NCBI GenBank assembly: GCA_050250895.1
Contig: JBFWNU010000001.1
Coordinates: 1,902,884-1,966,883, forward strand
Length of the DNA: 64,000 nt
From: Vulcanimicrobiota bacterium
Lineage (GTDB): Bacteria > Vulcanimicrobiota > Xenobia > Xenobiales > JADMJV01
Direction of reading: 5' to 3'
The notes beneath the pieces were generated by a model. That model made no database searches and was not told the origin of the DNA. It saw only the letters and a program-made list of their open reading frames with translations. Both the position numbers and the translations under genes were made by a program. This document shows, piece by piece, positions 8,104 to 18,432 of this stretch (position 1 is its first letter; each line of letters opens with the position of its first letter).

Positions 8104-10548
8104 GTGGCGGTGCGACGGGTCTGGTTGATTTGGGTGTTGTTGTTCTTGCCAGGGTGGTCAGCCCCGCTGGTGGGCGGTGACCACGAGGGCCAGGATGCGG
8201 TTCGTTATCTGCGCGAACTGGGCGTGCTGGAAGGCTATCCCGACGGCGGTTTTCGCGGCGAACGAGCCACTTCGCGCTGGGAAGTGGCGGCGATCCTGGC
8301 CCGCGTGCTGGCGCGGGCCGAAAGCAGCCATCAGACCTTGGCTACCAGAGTCGAACTCGAAGAGCTTCATCGTCTGGCTCTGGCTTATCGCGAAGAACTC
8401 GACGCCCTCGGGGTTCGAGTGACCAGTCTCGAGGAGCAGGTCGAGCGGCTCGACCAGCGAGTCGCCGAAAAGGGGCGCATCACCTTCAGCGGACGGAGCG
8501 TTACCTACATCGGCGGGCAGAGTTTTTCCAACCGGGGCAATCCGACCTCGGGCTTCGGTCCGGGCGCTCTCGACTATCACGCCGCCGTGGGGAGCCTGGC
8601 TTCGGCCAACTTGCTCCCTCATTCCCCGTTGGGCATCGTGCCCGCCATCGATCTCATGCGCGGTCAACCCTTGACCAACGGGTCGGGCTTTGCCTCGTTG
8701 CTTTTTCTGACCACCACCATCGTCCCCAATGACGATTTCACAGCCGAGCTTCAGCTCTACGCCTATTCGAGTCAGGGCGACCAGTTGGTGGATGCTCTCT
8801 GGGGCATTACCCCCCCTTACCTATCCAATTCCTTTACCGGCACGAACTTCGCCAACGGCCAGTCGTTGAACAACGTGCCTTTTACCCGGGCCGGTTTCGA
8901 CCGTTTCACCCTATCTCATCATCCCTCGGGAATCACGGCGACGGTGGGCACTTTCACGCCCCGAGTGATGACCCCCACCGTCTACCTGGGACAGATCAAT
9001 CCCATCAAGCGCACCCCCAACGTGCTCGAGAGCTTCGGCTTTCAGATCACCCAGGATAGCGAACCCTGGGCCTGGGAGGTGTTCGGCACCCGCAATCCCT
9101 CGGGCAACCCGGGTGTCAATGCCAACCCCTATCGTAACGAAGCTCTCGGGGCAGCTGTCAGCTACAGTGGCGAACAGTTTCGGGTGGGCTTCAACTTTCT
9201 GCGGGCGGCTGACCAGTTCACCGGCGGTGGCCCCCTCACGGTGGGCCAGCAGACCCAGTTGCAGGGCCTCATCGGCGAACTCTATACCGAGTGGGTTAAT
9301 CCTCCCGGCTTCTACCTTAACGAGTTGGGGGGCATCGGCTCGAGCCAGGTGGCCGGCGTGGGCAGCACCTCTGACCAGCGGCCGGTTCCCGGCGACCCCA
9401 CCAGCGATGCGCTCTCTCGCCTGGCCAGCGTGGGGCCTCAGGGCATCACTCTTTGGGGCCTCAATTTCCAATACAATGGCGACGATTGGGAGGTCCGTGG
9501 CGACTACGCAACCTCGACCTACAAGCCCAATCGAAACTCAGCCTATTCGGTAGACGGCGACCTTTGGAATCTTGGCGCGCGCAAGACTTTCGACGACGGC
9601 AACATCGAGCTGGCCGTCAATTATCGGTCCACCGACCCCACCTATGACCCCCTGATCTTGTCGTGGCCCGACGCGGCCGCCAGCGGCCTCAACGGCATGC
9701 AGCCGCTGCGGGCCTATCACCGCGTGCCCGACTTCGACAACTACTGGCATCTTTATGCGCTCCACGACACCAACAAGAACCCGCTCAATCGCCGGGGCTG
9801 GTGGCTAGACGCGCGCTGGCAGTATTCTGATGAAGGCTGGCTCAAAGCTCACTACAACACCCTCGAGCAGGTGAAAACGTCGTTGCCCGGCGTGCGCGTG
9901 CTGGCCAACAGCCTGGCACCGGGCACCCCCAACGCCACTGTGTTGGGACACGTTCCCGGCTTTCTCGACCCGGTCTTCCGCGCCTATTCGCCGATGAGCT
10001 TTGACGCCGCTCTCAATCCCCTCGAGGACCAGCGTGGCAAGGTGACCTCCTACGGCGGTCGTATCGTCCACGACTTCGCCGATTCACCATGGGGGGTCGA
10101 CTTCGGCTACGATCGTTGGCACTTCGATCGGCCCACCACTTTGCCGGCCGCCCTGGGCGGCAGCCAGAACCGCGTTGACTTGCTGCTGTCGACGCTGGAC
10201 CTGGGCGTGAGCTATCGTTTCACTTCAGACCTCAAGCTCAAGGTCGGGGTCGAGCAGGGGCGCCAGAGCGGCCACTATGATAGCTTCGGCACCTACAACC
10301 CCTACGCGTTGGCGGCCAATTCGGTCGATTTCAAGACTCGCGATACCGTCCAGACAATCCCCTACGCCAAAGTCGATTGGAGCGTGGACCCGGCCGTCAA
10401 GATCAACTCGGAGATCTACTTCTACAACACCGTCGACCACGTGGGAGCCAACATCTTCTCGGGCCCGCCCAACGGCGGCGCCGCCACCAACCATCCCTTC
10501 TCGTGGAAGGGCATCCGTTACGGAACCACCGTCGAGGTGACGTTCTAA
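8104..10548 (+). CDS. S-layer homology (SLH) domain outer-membrane protein
   Basis: SLH motif GVLEGYPDGGFRGERATSRWEVAAILAR, then a coiled coil and a beta-rich region ending in C-terminal Phe (VEVTF). Confidence 0.8.
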   Translation: MAVRRVWLIWVLLFLPGWSAPLVGGDHEGQDAVRYLRELGVLEGYPDGGFRGERATSRWEVAAILARVLARAESSHQTLATRVELEELHRLALAYREELDALGVRVTSLEEQVERLDQRVAEKGRITFSGRSVTYIGGQSFSNRGNPTSGFGPGALDYHAAVGSLASANLLPHSPLGIVPAIDLMRGQPLTNGSGFASLLFLTTTIVPNDDFTAELQLYAYSSQGDQLVDALWGITPPYLSNSFTGTNFANGQSLNNVPFTRAGFDRFTLSHHPSGITATVGTFTPRVMTPTVYLGQINPIKRTPNVLESFGFQITQDSEPWAWEVFGTRNPSGNPGVNANPYRNEALGAAVSYSGEQFRVGFNFLRAADQFTGGGPLTVGQQTQLQGLIGELYTEWVNPPGFYLNELGGIGSSQVAGVGSTSDQRPVPGDPTSDALSRLASVGPQGITLWGLNFQYNGDDWEVRGDYATSTYKPNRNSAYSVDGDLWNLGARKTFDDGNIELAVNYRSTDPTYDPLILSWPDAAASGLNGMQPLRAYHRVPDFDNYWHLYALHDTNKNPLNRRGWWLDARWQYSDEGWLKAHYNTLEQVKTSLPGVRVLANSLAPGTPNATVLGHVPGFLDPVFRAYSPMSFDAALNPLEDQRGKVTSYGGRIVHDFADSPWGVDFGYDRWHFDRPTTLPAALGGSQNRVDLLLSTLDLGVSYRFTSDLKLKVGVEQGRQSGHYDSFGTYNPYALAANSVDFKTRDTVQTIPYAKVDWSVDPAVKINSEIYFYNTVDHVGANIFSGPPNGGAATNHPFSWKGIRYGTTVEVTF

Positions 10549-12104
10549 CGCTCGGCGGACACCCTCGGTCTGCTTTCCAACGGTTGGGGCGATGACCGTG
10601 GCGTGCCAAAGTTCATCCGCGCGAATTCTTGCAGTGCGATCGACTTGACCCAGTGGTCGAGGATGGCCGAGAAGCGGGCCTGCCGGCCTTTGGACCACCA
10701 GAGCGAGCGCAAGAAGTAGGTCCAACGACGCCAGCCCCCAGGGGCAATGACGTGACGGAGGGTGCGCCAGACCACACCCGGCTGCTTTCGGATAGGCAAG
10801 AAGTTCTCGACTAGCGGCTGCTCGGGCAGGTCGCGCATCTTGTTGGCCAGCCTCTCGAAGATGGCCTCGTCGGTGAACAGGCGGCGCATCAAGTCGGAAT
10901 AGCCGCAAACCAATTGTTCATAGGTCATGTTGAGAGGCTCGATATTGGTCATGGCTCCTGTATTGTCGGCGCCATCGAGCAACGAATCGGCCACCCTGAG
11001 CCGGCCGTCACGCTCGAGGCGATCCCAAAGGGGGGTTCGGTTGATGGCGATGAGCAGGCCGGCCATGGGCACGCTGATACCGGATGTCTGGATAAACCGA
11101 TAGTGGGACTCGAAGACCGCGGGCGTGTCGGCGTCAAATCCCACGATGAAGCCAGCATAGACACTGATGCCCTGGCGGTGGATGGTGCGCACCGCTGCGA
11201 GCAGGTCGACGCGCGAGTTCTGAAATTTCAGGGTCTCTTCCAGAGCGGCCTGGCTGGGGCTCTCGATGCCGATAAAGACCCACGAGAAGTTGGCCGCCCG
11301 AAAGAGCTCGAGCAGTTCCTGGTCGTCGGCCAGATTGACGCTGGCCTCGGTGCCAAAATAGAATTGATGGCGATGTCGTTTTTGATAGTCAATCAGAAAG
11401 CGTAGTAGCTCTTTGCAGCGCGGCTTGTGTCCGATCAGGTTGTCGTCGACAAAGAAGACGTTGTGGACCCCTTTGGCGCGCAGCGCGTCGAGTTCGGCTC
11501 CGACCTGCTCGAGGCTCTTGGTCCGGGGACGACGTCCGAAGATGACGATGATGTCGCAAAATTCACAGCGGAACGGGCAGCCTCGCGAAAATTGCAGGCA
11601 GGGCGTGAGATAGCGATCGAGTTTGAGCAGATCGAAGCGGGGCGTGGGTGAAACCGTCAAGTCGACGTTGCCGGTCTCTTGATAGAGAGGCTGAGGATTG
11701 CCGGCTTCGAGATCGTGACAGAAGCGGGGCCAGACATGCTCGGCTTCGCCGGCGATCACGGTATCGGCGAGGCTCTGGTAGTTGGCCGGCAACAGAGAAG
11801 CATGATTGCCCCCGGCCACCACATAGCAGCCGCGCTTTCTGAACCTCCCCAGGATAGTGCTTTGGCGTTGGAACTGGTTGGACATACCCGAGACTCCGAC
11901 CACATCGGCTGGAAAGTCCCAGTCTATCTCTTCGACATTCTCGTCGACGATGGTCACCTGCCAGTGGGGCGGCGTCAAGGCAGCGATGCTGGCCAGTCCC
12001 AGGGGCGGATTGGTGTAACGGGTCCAGGGCAAGATCTCGCGAGAGATCAGTTGAAAGTTCCAGAAGCTCGGCCGAAACTTGGGGCAGATCAGAAGCAGTC
12101 GCAC
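10545..12104 (-). CDS. B12-binding radical SAM protein
   Basis: PPLGLASIAALTP; SRGCPFRCEFC (CxxxCxxC); FFVDDN; FIGIES; GFIVGFD. Confidence 0.9.
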   Translation of the reverse strand: MRLLLICPKFRPSFWNFQLISREILPWTRYTNPPLGLASIAALTPPHWQVTIVDENVEEIDWDFPADVVGVSGMSNQFQRQSTILGRFRKRGCYVVAGGNHASLLPANYQSLADTVIAGEAEHVWPRFCHDLEAGNPQPLYQETGNVDLTVSPTPRFDLLKLDRYLTPCLQFSRGCPFRCEFCDIIVIFGRRPRTKSLEQVGAELDALRAKGVHNVFFVDDNLIGHKPRCKELLRFLIDYQKRHRHQFYFGTEASVNLADDQELLELFRAANFSWVFIGIESPSQAALEETLKFQNSRVDLLAAVRTIHRQGISVYAGFIVGFDADTPAVFESHYRFIQTSGISVPMAGLLIAINRTPLWDRLERDGRLRVADSLLDGADNTGAMTNIEPLNMTYEQLVCGYSDLMRRLFTDEAIFERLANKMRDLPEQPLVENFLPIRKQPGVVWRTLRHVIAPGGWRRWTYFLRSLWWSKGRQARFSAILDHWVKSIALQEFARMNFGTPRSSPQPLESRPRVSAER

Positions 12105-13687
12105 CCGTCAGTATCCCTCGATGGAACCGGCGGTGTCAAGATTCGGCCGTCCATCGTGCCCACCGCCAACCGGCCATCCTCGGCCACGGCCAGGGCGCAT
12201 AGTTCGCCGGCCTCGAGGTCGAGACGTTGCTCGGGCTCGCCCCAGAAGCCGAGGGTTCCGTCTTGCGAGGCCGACACCAGTCGGCCGGCCCGGAAGGCCA
12301 GGGCATGAATCGCCCCATGGTGAGCCTTGAAGCCGGCTTCGAGGCGACCCTGGCGCCACAGGCAGAGGTGCCCGTCGCTGTCGCCACTGGCCAGCAAGTC
12401 CCCCTGGTAGGCCAGGCAGCGCACCGCGCTGCGATGACCTTCGAGGGCCACGAGTTCACCACTGGGCGGGTGAAACAGAAACACTTTGGACGAGGGCGAG
12501 GCGGCCAGGGCTAATCGCTCTCCGCCCACAGCGGCCATCGCGCCGATGCCACCACGCAGTCCGGGCTGATAAAGGGTGACCTGCTCACCCCGCAGGCAGG
12601 CCAATCGCCCGTCACGCAAGCCGGCGAAGAGACCCCCTGACCACACCAGGCTGAGCACTTCGCGCGGCATCGCCACAGGCTTGCCCACGAAGATCTGACG
12701 GTCGTTACCTCCACTGGCCAGCAGGCCGTCCGGGCCAAAGGCCAGCGCGTTGACCCAGTCGTCGTGCAGCGTATGAAGGCGTGGCGCACCGTGCCAGAGC
12801 AGCACCTGGCGGTCCTCGCCGGCCGAGGCCAACAGGTTGCCATAGTAGGCCAGCGCCGTGACCCGGCCCTGATGTCCGGCCATCGCCACTCCGGTCTCTA
12901 AGCCCTCGATTAGCTCACCCACTGTGGCGGGACGCTCGCTTGGGTCGAGAGCCAGGGCGCGAGCCACTTGGGCCGGCAGGCCTGCTGGCAGCCGGAAAGT
13001 GTCTCTCGTAAGACGTTCGACCACCTCGGGTGGGGGGGCTCCGGTGACCAGGTGCACCAGAGTGGCGGCCAGGCTGTAGATATCGCTCCACGGGCCGGGC
13101 CGCAAGCCGGTGCCGTACTGCTCCGGCGGAGCATAGCCCGGAGTCACGATGGCCGTGTGATGGGATTTGCCCAACGGGCGGGCCGAGCCGAAGTCGAGCA
13201 AGACCAATCGCCCCTCGCTAGTCAGAAACAGGTTGCCCGGCTTAAGGTCGCGGTGGAGCACGCTGCGGGCGTGCAGCACCTCGACGGCCCTGGCCGCTCG
13301 TCGGATGTAGTCCAGGGCCGTTTCTATCGGGAGTGCGCCGTCGCGTTCCACCAGCTGTTGGAGGTCGTGGCCAGTTAGCAATTCCATCACCAGATAGCCG
13401 GCCCCACCCTCTTCGAAGACGGCGTGGACCTTGACGATGTCGGGATGGTCGAAGCTGGCCAGCAGTCGGGCTTCTTCAAGAAATCCGAGCAACGCCTCGC
13501 CGCTGCACACCTTGATCGCGACCTCTCGGTTCAGGGCCAGATCGTGAGCCCGATAGGTCGAGCCGAACCCACCCCGCGAAAGTAGCTCTTCGACGCGGTA
13601 GGTCCCGCTTCGCAAGAGGGTGCCCGGGGAGAGGTCCATACCCAGCGTTTGGCTATCTGCTGGGTTCGCTCCCGCCATGGCTTGCAT
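12089..13687 (-). CDS. Ser/Thr protein kinase with WD40 repeats
   Basis: GGFG, VAIK, HRDLKPGN, DFG, GYAPPEQ; WD repeats GHQGRVTALA, GHRSAVRCLA. Confidence 0.9.
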   Translation of the reverse strand: MQAMAGANPADSQTLGMDLSPGTLLRSGTYRVEELLSRGGFGSTYRAHDLALNREVAIKVCSGEALLGFLEEARLLASFDHPDIVKVHAVFEEGGAGYLVMELLTGHDLQQLVERDGALPIETALDYIRRAARAVEVLHARSVLHRDLKPGNLFLTSEGRLVLLDFGSARPLGKSHHTAIVTPGYAPPEQYGTGLRPGPWSDIYSLAATLVHLVTGAPPPEVVERLTRDTFRLPAGLPAQVARALALDPSERPATVGELIEGLETGVAMAGHQGRVTALAYYGNLLASAGEDRQVLLWHGAPRLHTLHDDWVNALAFGPDGLLASGGNDRQIFVGKPVAMPREVLSLVWSGGLFAGLRDGRLACLRGEQVTLYQPGLRGGIGAMAAVGGERLALAASPSSKVFLFHPPSGELVALEGHRSAVRCLAYQGDLLASGDSDGHLCLWRQGRLEAGFKAHHGAIHALAFRAGRLVSASQDGTLGFWGEPEQRLDLEAGELCALAVAEDGRLAVGTMDGRILTPPVPSRDTDGCDCF

Positions 13688-13908
13688 TCATTTCGACGAG
13701 GCGCTGGAGGGTCGTGATGTGGTAGTCTGCGCCTTGACGGGGCTTCCTCCAGGGTGTACAATATACGCAACTGGTTTCACCCAGTAGAATGGAGTCGTCT
13801 ATGTCCCAGTGGCACCCTGGGCGGCCCACCTGCCCCACCCCCGAGTAATAGCCGGAGAATCCCCTTCTCCTCTTTTATTTTTCAGGCTTTACTCGAAAGG
13901 AATCGGTC

Positions 13909-15891
13909 ATGTTAGGCCCCATCATGCCGTGGCTTTACGCCCTCGGCACCCTCCTGTGCGTTGGCGCACTTTTTCACTATGTGATTCGTTTCATCCCGAA
14001 CAACCGGGTCGGAATCAAAGAGCTGGTCTGGTCCGCCAAAGGTAATCTCGAATCCGGCATCATCGCCCTCAAAGGCGAGGCCGGCTTCCAGCCCGAAGTG
14101 ATGCGCGGCGGCGTTCACCTCCTCTTCCCCACCCGCGATCGCGTGCACGTGACCTCGCTGGTGACCGTGCCCCAGGGCCAGGTCGGATACATCTTCGCTC
14201 GCGACGGCGAGCCCCTGGTTGCGACCCAGACCCTGGCCAGAGCGATAGATTGCAACCACTTCCAGGATGTGCGTGCTTTCTTTGCCAACGGTGGTCAGCG
14301 CGGACCCCAACGTCAAATTTTGCGAGAGGGCACTTACGCTATCAACCTGGCTCAGTTCGCCGTCATCACTGCCGACCAGATCTATTACCATCAGCTTCGT
14401 CGTGAAGACGACGAGCTGTTCAGCCGCATGGCCGACCAGATTCACGAGCGCGACGGCTTCAGGCCGGTGGTCATCACCGCCGATTTGGTAGGCATCGTGA
14501 CGGTCCACGACGGCCCGTCTCTGGCACCGGGCGAGATCATCTGCCCCATCGTGGGCACCAACTCGGACAAGCCCGAGATCTATCACAACAACTTCCAGGA
14601 TCCCGAGGCCTACTTGCGGGCCCACGGCAAACGGGGTCGTCAACTGCAGGTGCTGGTGGAAGGCACCTACTACGTCAATCGTCTCTTCGCCACCGTCGAG
14701 ACCATTCCCAAGACGGTCGTCGAGGTTGGCTATGTCGGAGTCGTCGTCAGTTATGTCGGCGACATCGGCGCCGACCTCTCCGGCAACCTTTACCGCCACG
14801 GCGAACTGGTTCCCGAAAATCACAGGGGTGTGTGGAAACGCCCTTTGATGCCGGGCAAGTACGCATTCAATACCTACGCAGGCAAGATCATCCTCGTCCC
14901 CACCACCAACTTCATTCTAAAGTGGGTGCGCCGGGAGGTGGGTGCTCATCGCTACGACGAGAATCTGTCCGAGGTCTCTCTCATCACCAAAGACGCCTTC
15001 GAGCCGTCTCTGCCGTTGTCTGTAGTCGTGCACATCGACTATATGAAGGCACCCCTGGTGGTGCAGCGTTTCGGAGATGTCAAGAAGCTGGTCGAGCAGA
15101 CGCTCGATCCGATGGTGGCGGCCTATTTCAAGAACATTGGCCAGACCCGCACTCTGATCCAGCTGCTGCAAGATCGCAGCAGCATTCAGAAGCTGGCTGC
15201 CGATGAGATGAAGGAGAAGTTCGAACACTACGACCTGGAACTCGAGGAAGTACTGATCGGTACGCCGGCGCCCTCTGACGGCGACCAGCGGATCGAGGAC
15301 ATCCTCGCCCAGCTGCGTGCCCGCCAGATCGCCGAAGAACAGATCGAGACCTACGCTCGTCAAGAGAAGGCCGCTGTCAAGGAGCGGGAACTTCGGGAAG
15401 CCGAAGCCCGTGCCCGCCAGCAGACCCAGATCACCGAGTCGGAACTCTCGATTCAGGTTCACCAGAACCAGGGCAAAGCCGAACTGCAGAGGGCTCTGCA
15501 AGAAGCCGATCGCATCCGCGCTCTGGCTGATGCCGAAGCCAGTCGTCATCGGGCTCTGGCCGAGGCCGAAGCGACCAAAGTGAAAGCCCTGGGTGAGGCT
15601 GAAGCCGACCGCGAACTGCGGGTGGGACAGGCCCGCGCCGTGGCCATTCACGAGCAGGTCCAGGCCTATGGTGGCCCTCAGTTCCAGCTCACTCGAGAAG
15701 TGATGGTCCGCTTCGCCGAGGCCATCCAACAGTCAGGCGTCGACGTGGTGCCTCGCATCATGGTTGGCGGTTCTGGCCAGGCTGGCCCTGGAAGCGCCGT
15801 CGAGGGCCTGATGGCTCTGCTGATGGCCGAACGTGCCGAGAAGGTGGATGCTCCCAAGCTAGAGTCGACCTTCAACGGCAAAGCCGGCTAA
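13909..15891 (+). CDS. SPFH/flotillin family protein
   Basis: N-terminal TM; SLITKDAFEPSLPLSVVVHID SPFH core; AEAEA-rich coiled coil. Confidence 0.85.
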   Translation: MLGPIMPWLYALGTLLCVGALFHYVIRFIPNNRVGIKELVWSAKGNLESGIIALKGEAGFQPEVMRGGVHLLFPTRDRVHVTSLVTVPQGQVGYIFARDGEPLVATQTLARAIDCNHFQDVRAFFANGGQRGPQRQILREGTYAINLAQFAVITADQIYYHQLRREDDELFSRMADQIHERDGFRPVVITADLVGIVTVHDGPSLAPGEIICPIVGTNSDKPEIYHNNFQDPEAYLRAHGKRGRQLQVLVEGTYYVNRLFATVETIPKTVVEVGYVGVVVSYVGDIGADLSGNLYRHGELVPENHRGVWKRPLMPGKYAFNTYAGKIILVPTTNFILKWVRREVGAHRYDENLSEVSLITKDAFEPSLPLSVVVHIDYMKAPLVVQRFGDVKKLVEQTLDPMVAAYFKNIGQTRTLIQLLQDRSSIQKLAADEMKEKFEHYDLELEEVLIGTPAPSDGDQRIEDILAQLRARQIAEEQIETYARQEKAAVKERELREAEARARQQTQITESELSIQVHQNQGKAELQRALQEADRIRALADAEASRHRALAEAEATKVKALGEAEADRELRVGQARAVAIHEQVQAYGGPQFQLTREVMVRFAEAIQQSGVDVVPRIMVGGSGQAGPGSAVEGLMALLMAERAEKVDAPKLESTFNGKAG

Positions 15892-15898
15892 GTCGCTA

Positions 15899-15926
15899 GC
15901 CCCCGGTTTCGACCGGGGGCCTTTTC
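15899..15926 (+). terminator. intrinsic terminator
   Basis: GCCCCCGGT-TTCG-ACCGGGGGC hairpin followed by CTTTTC just after the SPFH stop codon. Confidence 0.75.
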
Positions 15927-16262
15927 TCGTCTCTCGTTCGGGCTAAAGGCTATCCGCCGAGGCTGGCGCTGAGAATAGCGCGCTCGATGTCGGACATTTC
16001 AGGCTCGTGGTCACGCACCGTTTCGATGAGCTTTTTATAGGGGCTGCGTTCGAGCATAGGTCTATGCTATCAGGCCTGACCGGACCTGTGGGGGCGATCA
16101 TGTAAAAGCTTTGTTACAAGTTGTTTCCGTCGTGTCTTTTTCTGACAAAAACGAAGGTGGCGGGAGAAAGCCCGGCGCCGGGGCGAACGCGAGTTTAACA
16201 TCTTTCTCGACATGTGAGCCGGACCTTGCGATACGCTCTCAAGCGTCAAGGCAGGTGCTCTA

Positions 16263-17579
16263 GTGTATATCAGACCTCAGCTCACAACCGGATACGCCGA
16301 GCCCAAAGAGGCCGCCCCCCGGGTCGCCATTCTCGACGACTTCGACGGCGACCCTAAGGGCTTTCCTCATGGTCAGGCGGTCGAATCGGTCTTGTTCTCG
16401 CACAGCGCTCTGAGCGATGACGATGTGCAGCGCCTGCAGAACGAGCCCAAACAGGCGGACCTGCGCGAGTTGCTCCAGCAGATGCCCTTTCGCCAGGCCT
16501 TCGGAGCCATGGTCGCTCGCAACGTGGCCGGCTTCTATCTCAGCACTGCCCAGAATCTTCACACCATCCTCAACGAGTTGCCGTCGGTGAAGCTCATCGA
16601 GCAATCGCAGGGCGAGACCTCGGCCCGCCAGCTCGAGTCGATTTTTGACGGCCTGACCAACAGCCAGGCTTTCCGTCAGCAGGTCAGCCAGGCCATGGGG
16701 CTTCCTGCCGACGCTCCGCTTCATAAAGTGTGTGAAGAGCTACTGGCCGAGGCCGACCAGGTGGCCAACCACTCCGAGCTCTGCCAGAAGTCGCGCCAGG
16801 AGTATCTGAAGGTCGCCCGCGCCGCCTATGACCGGGGAATCACCTACCTCGTGGCCGCCGGCAACCATGGCCAGTTCGCTCGCGAACTCGAAGCCATCGG
16901 GGTGCAGGCTAGTCCCAGCGCCTTTCGCAACATCTTCGTCAACGACTATGTGACCGTGGTCGGAGCCAACACGCCCGAAGGCCAGCCGTCGGGCCTGAAC
17001 TCGCCGAATGCGGCCATCGAGGTCTATGAACGTGGCGAAGACCTGGTCTGGTCGGTGGGCGAGGGGTTTGACGTCCATGGCGTGCATAGCGGCACCTCCT
17101 TTGCGGTGCCGATCGTGGCCGGCAGGGTGACCGAGCGTCAGGCCACGGAGCCGGGTCTGACTCCTTTCGAGATCGAGACGCAGTTGCAGGGCCTGGATTC
17201 CTACCAGGTCCAGGACGGGGCGGCGGTGTCTACGGGCAACGGGCAGAGCCTCATCGCTGATGGCTCGATCGAGCCGTACATTCTCGAGCAGATAGGGGAA
17301 GGCTTCGTAACGGGCCTGGACACCGACGAAGCCGGTCAGTTGGCCCGGGCCACCCAGGACCGGACATTCTTCGGCTTGCCCGGGGCCAAAGACCACGAAT
17401 TCCAGTTGGTACGCGTGGCCCCCGATCCCGATGGGGTGCGCCAACTTTCGCTCGAAACCTATTTCAAGGCCGGGCATCACGTCTTGACCGCCAGGTTGAA
17501 AGACGGAGCCTGGGACCCGCATTCGGTTACCGAAGAACTCCACCTCGACCCCAGGCGCGCAGCCGCTATCGAAAACTAG
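16263..17579 (+). CDS. S8 (subtilisin-like) serine peptidase
   Basis: Catalytic motifs in order: AILDD, PHGQAV, VAAGNHG, SGTSFAVP. Confidence 0.8.
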   Translation: MYIRPQLTTGYAEPKEAAPRVAILDDFDGDPKGFPHGQAVESVLFSHSALSDDDVQRLQNEPKQADLRELLQQMPFRQAFGAMVARNVAGFYLSTAQNLHTILNELPSVKLIEQSQGETSARQLESIFDGLTNSQAFRQQVSQAMGLPADAPLHKVCEELLAEADQVANHSELCQKSRQEYLKVARAAYDRGITYLVAAGNHGQFARELEAIGVQASPSAFRNIFVNDYVTVVGANTPEGQPSGLNSPNAAIEVYERGEDLVWSVGEGFDVHGVHSGTSFAVPIVAGRVTERQATEPGLTPFEIETQLQGLDSYQVQDGAAVSTGNGQSLIADGSIEPYILEQIGEGFVTGLDTDEAGQLARATQDRTFFGLPGAKDHEFQLVRVAPDPDGVRQLSLETYFKAGHHVLTARLKDGAWDPHSVTEELHLDPRRAAAIEN

Positions 17580-17603
17580 CGCTACGGGCTTGACGGGACC
17601 GGC

Positions 17604-18425
17604 TTAGAAGGTGTTGCCGTCCTCGATGCGGCCGCTCTCCCAGCCCCTCTTGAACCACTGCTTGCGCTGTTCGGAGCTGCCGTGGGTGAACGAGTCGGGC
17701 ACGACATAGCCTCGGGCCTGCTGCTGCAGGCGGTCGTCGCCCACGGCCGCGGCCGCTCCCAGGGCTTCGTCCAGGTCGCCCGGCTCGAGCACATTGAGGC
17801 GCTGCTGGGCGTGATGGGCCCACACGCCGGCATAGAAGTCGGCCTGTAGTTCGACCTTCACCTGTAAAGCGTTGGCTTCTTTCTTTGCCAGCCGTTGCTG
17901 GCGGGCGTGAACCTCGCTGAGCACTCCGAATTGGTTTTGCACGTGATGGCCGACTTCGTGGGCGATGACATAGGCGCGGGCGAAGTCGCCGGGCGCTCCG
18001 AAGCGTTGCTCGAGTTCTTGAAAGAAGCTCAGATCGAGATAGACCTTTTCGTCCCCCGGGCAATAGAACGGCCCCATGGCCGCCTGGGCAAAGCCGCAAG
18101 CGCTGCTGATCTCGCCGTCAAACAGCACCAGCTTGGGCTCGATATAGGTCATCCCTCGCTCGGCAAAGAGTTGATGCCAGACCTCTTCGGTGTCGGCCAG
18201 CACGACTGAGGCGAACTCATCCGAGCCGTCGGGCGCCACGACCGCCGGGCGTGAGGGGGGGCCAGAACTCGAGAGGGCGTGCAGAATCTCGAAGGGGTCG
18301 ACGCCGGCCAGCAAAGCGACGACGACCACCACGACCGTGACCAGTCCGCCCGCGCGCACCGGCCCACCGCCTCCCCCTCGTAGATCTTCTACGTTGTCGC
18401 TGCCTCGCCGGCCCTGCCATCGCAT
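17604..18425 (-). CDS. ypfJ: neutral zinc metallopeptidase (YpfJ family)
   Basis: MRWQGRRGSDNVED; GPFYCPGD; AHEVGHHVQ; ELQAD; FTHGSSEQR. Confidence 0.9.
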   Translation of the reverse strand: MRWQGRRGSDNVEDLRGGGGGPVRAGGLVTVVVVVVALLAGVDPFEILHALSSSGPPSRPAVVAPDGSDEFASVVLADTEEVWHQLFAERGMTYIEPKLVLFDGEISSACGFAQAAMGPFYCPGDEKVYLDLSFFQELEQRFGAPGDFARAYVIAHEVGHHVQNQFGVLSEVHARQQRLAKKEANALQVKVELQADFYAGVWAHHAQQRLNVLEPGDLDEALGAAAAVGDDRLQQQARGYVVPDSFTHGSSEQRKQWFKRGWESGRIEDGNTF

Positions 18426-18432
18426 GGTCCAG

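Noticed and set aside
13653-13838. 61-aa ORF upstream of the WD40 kinase (weak FHA-like DSILLGET)
   Set aside because: Too short for an FHA domain and probably overlaps the divergent promoter region
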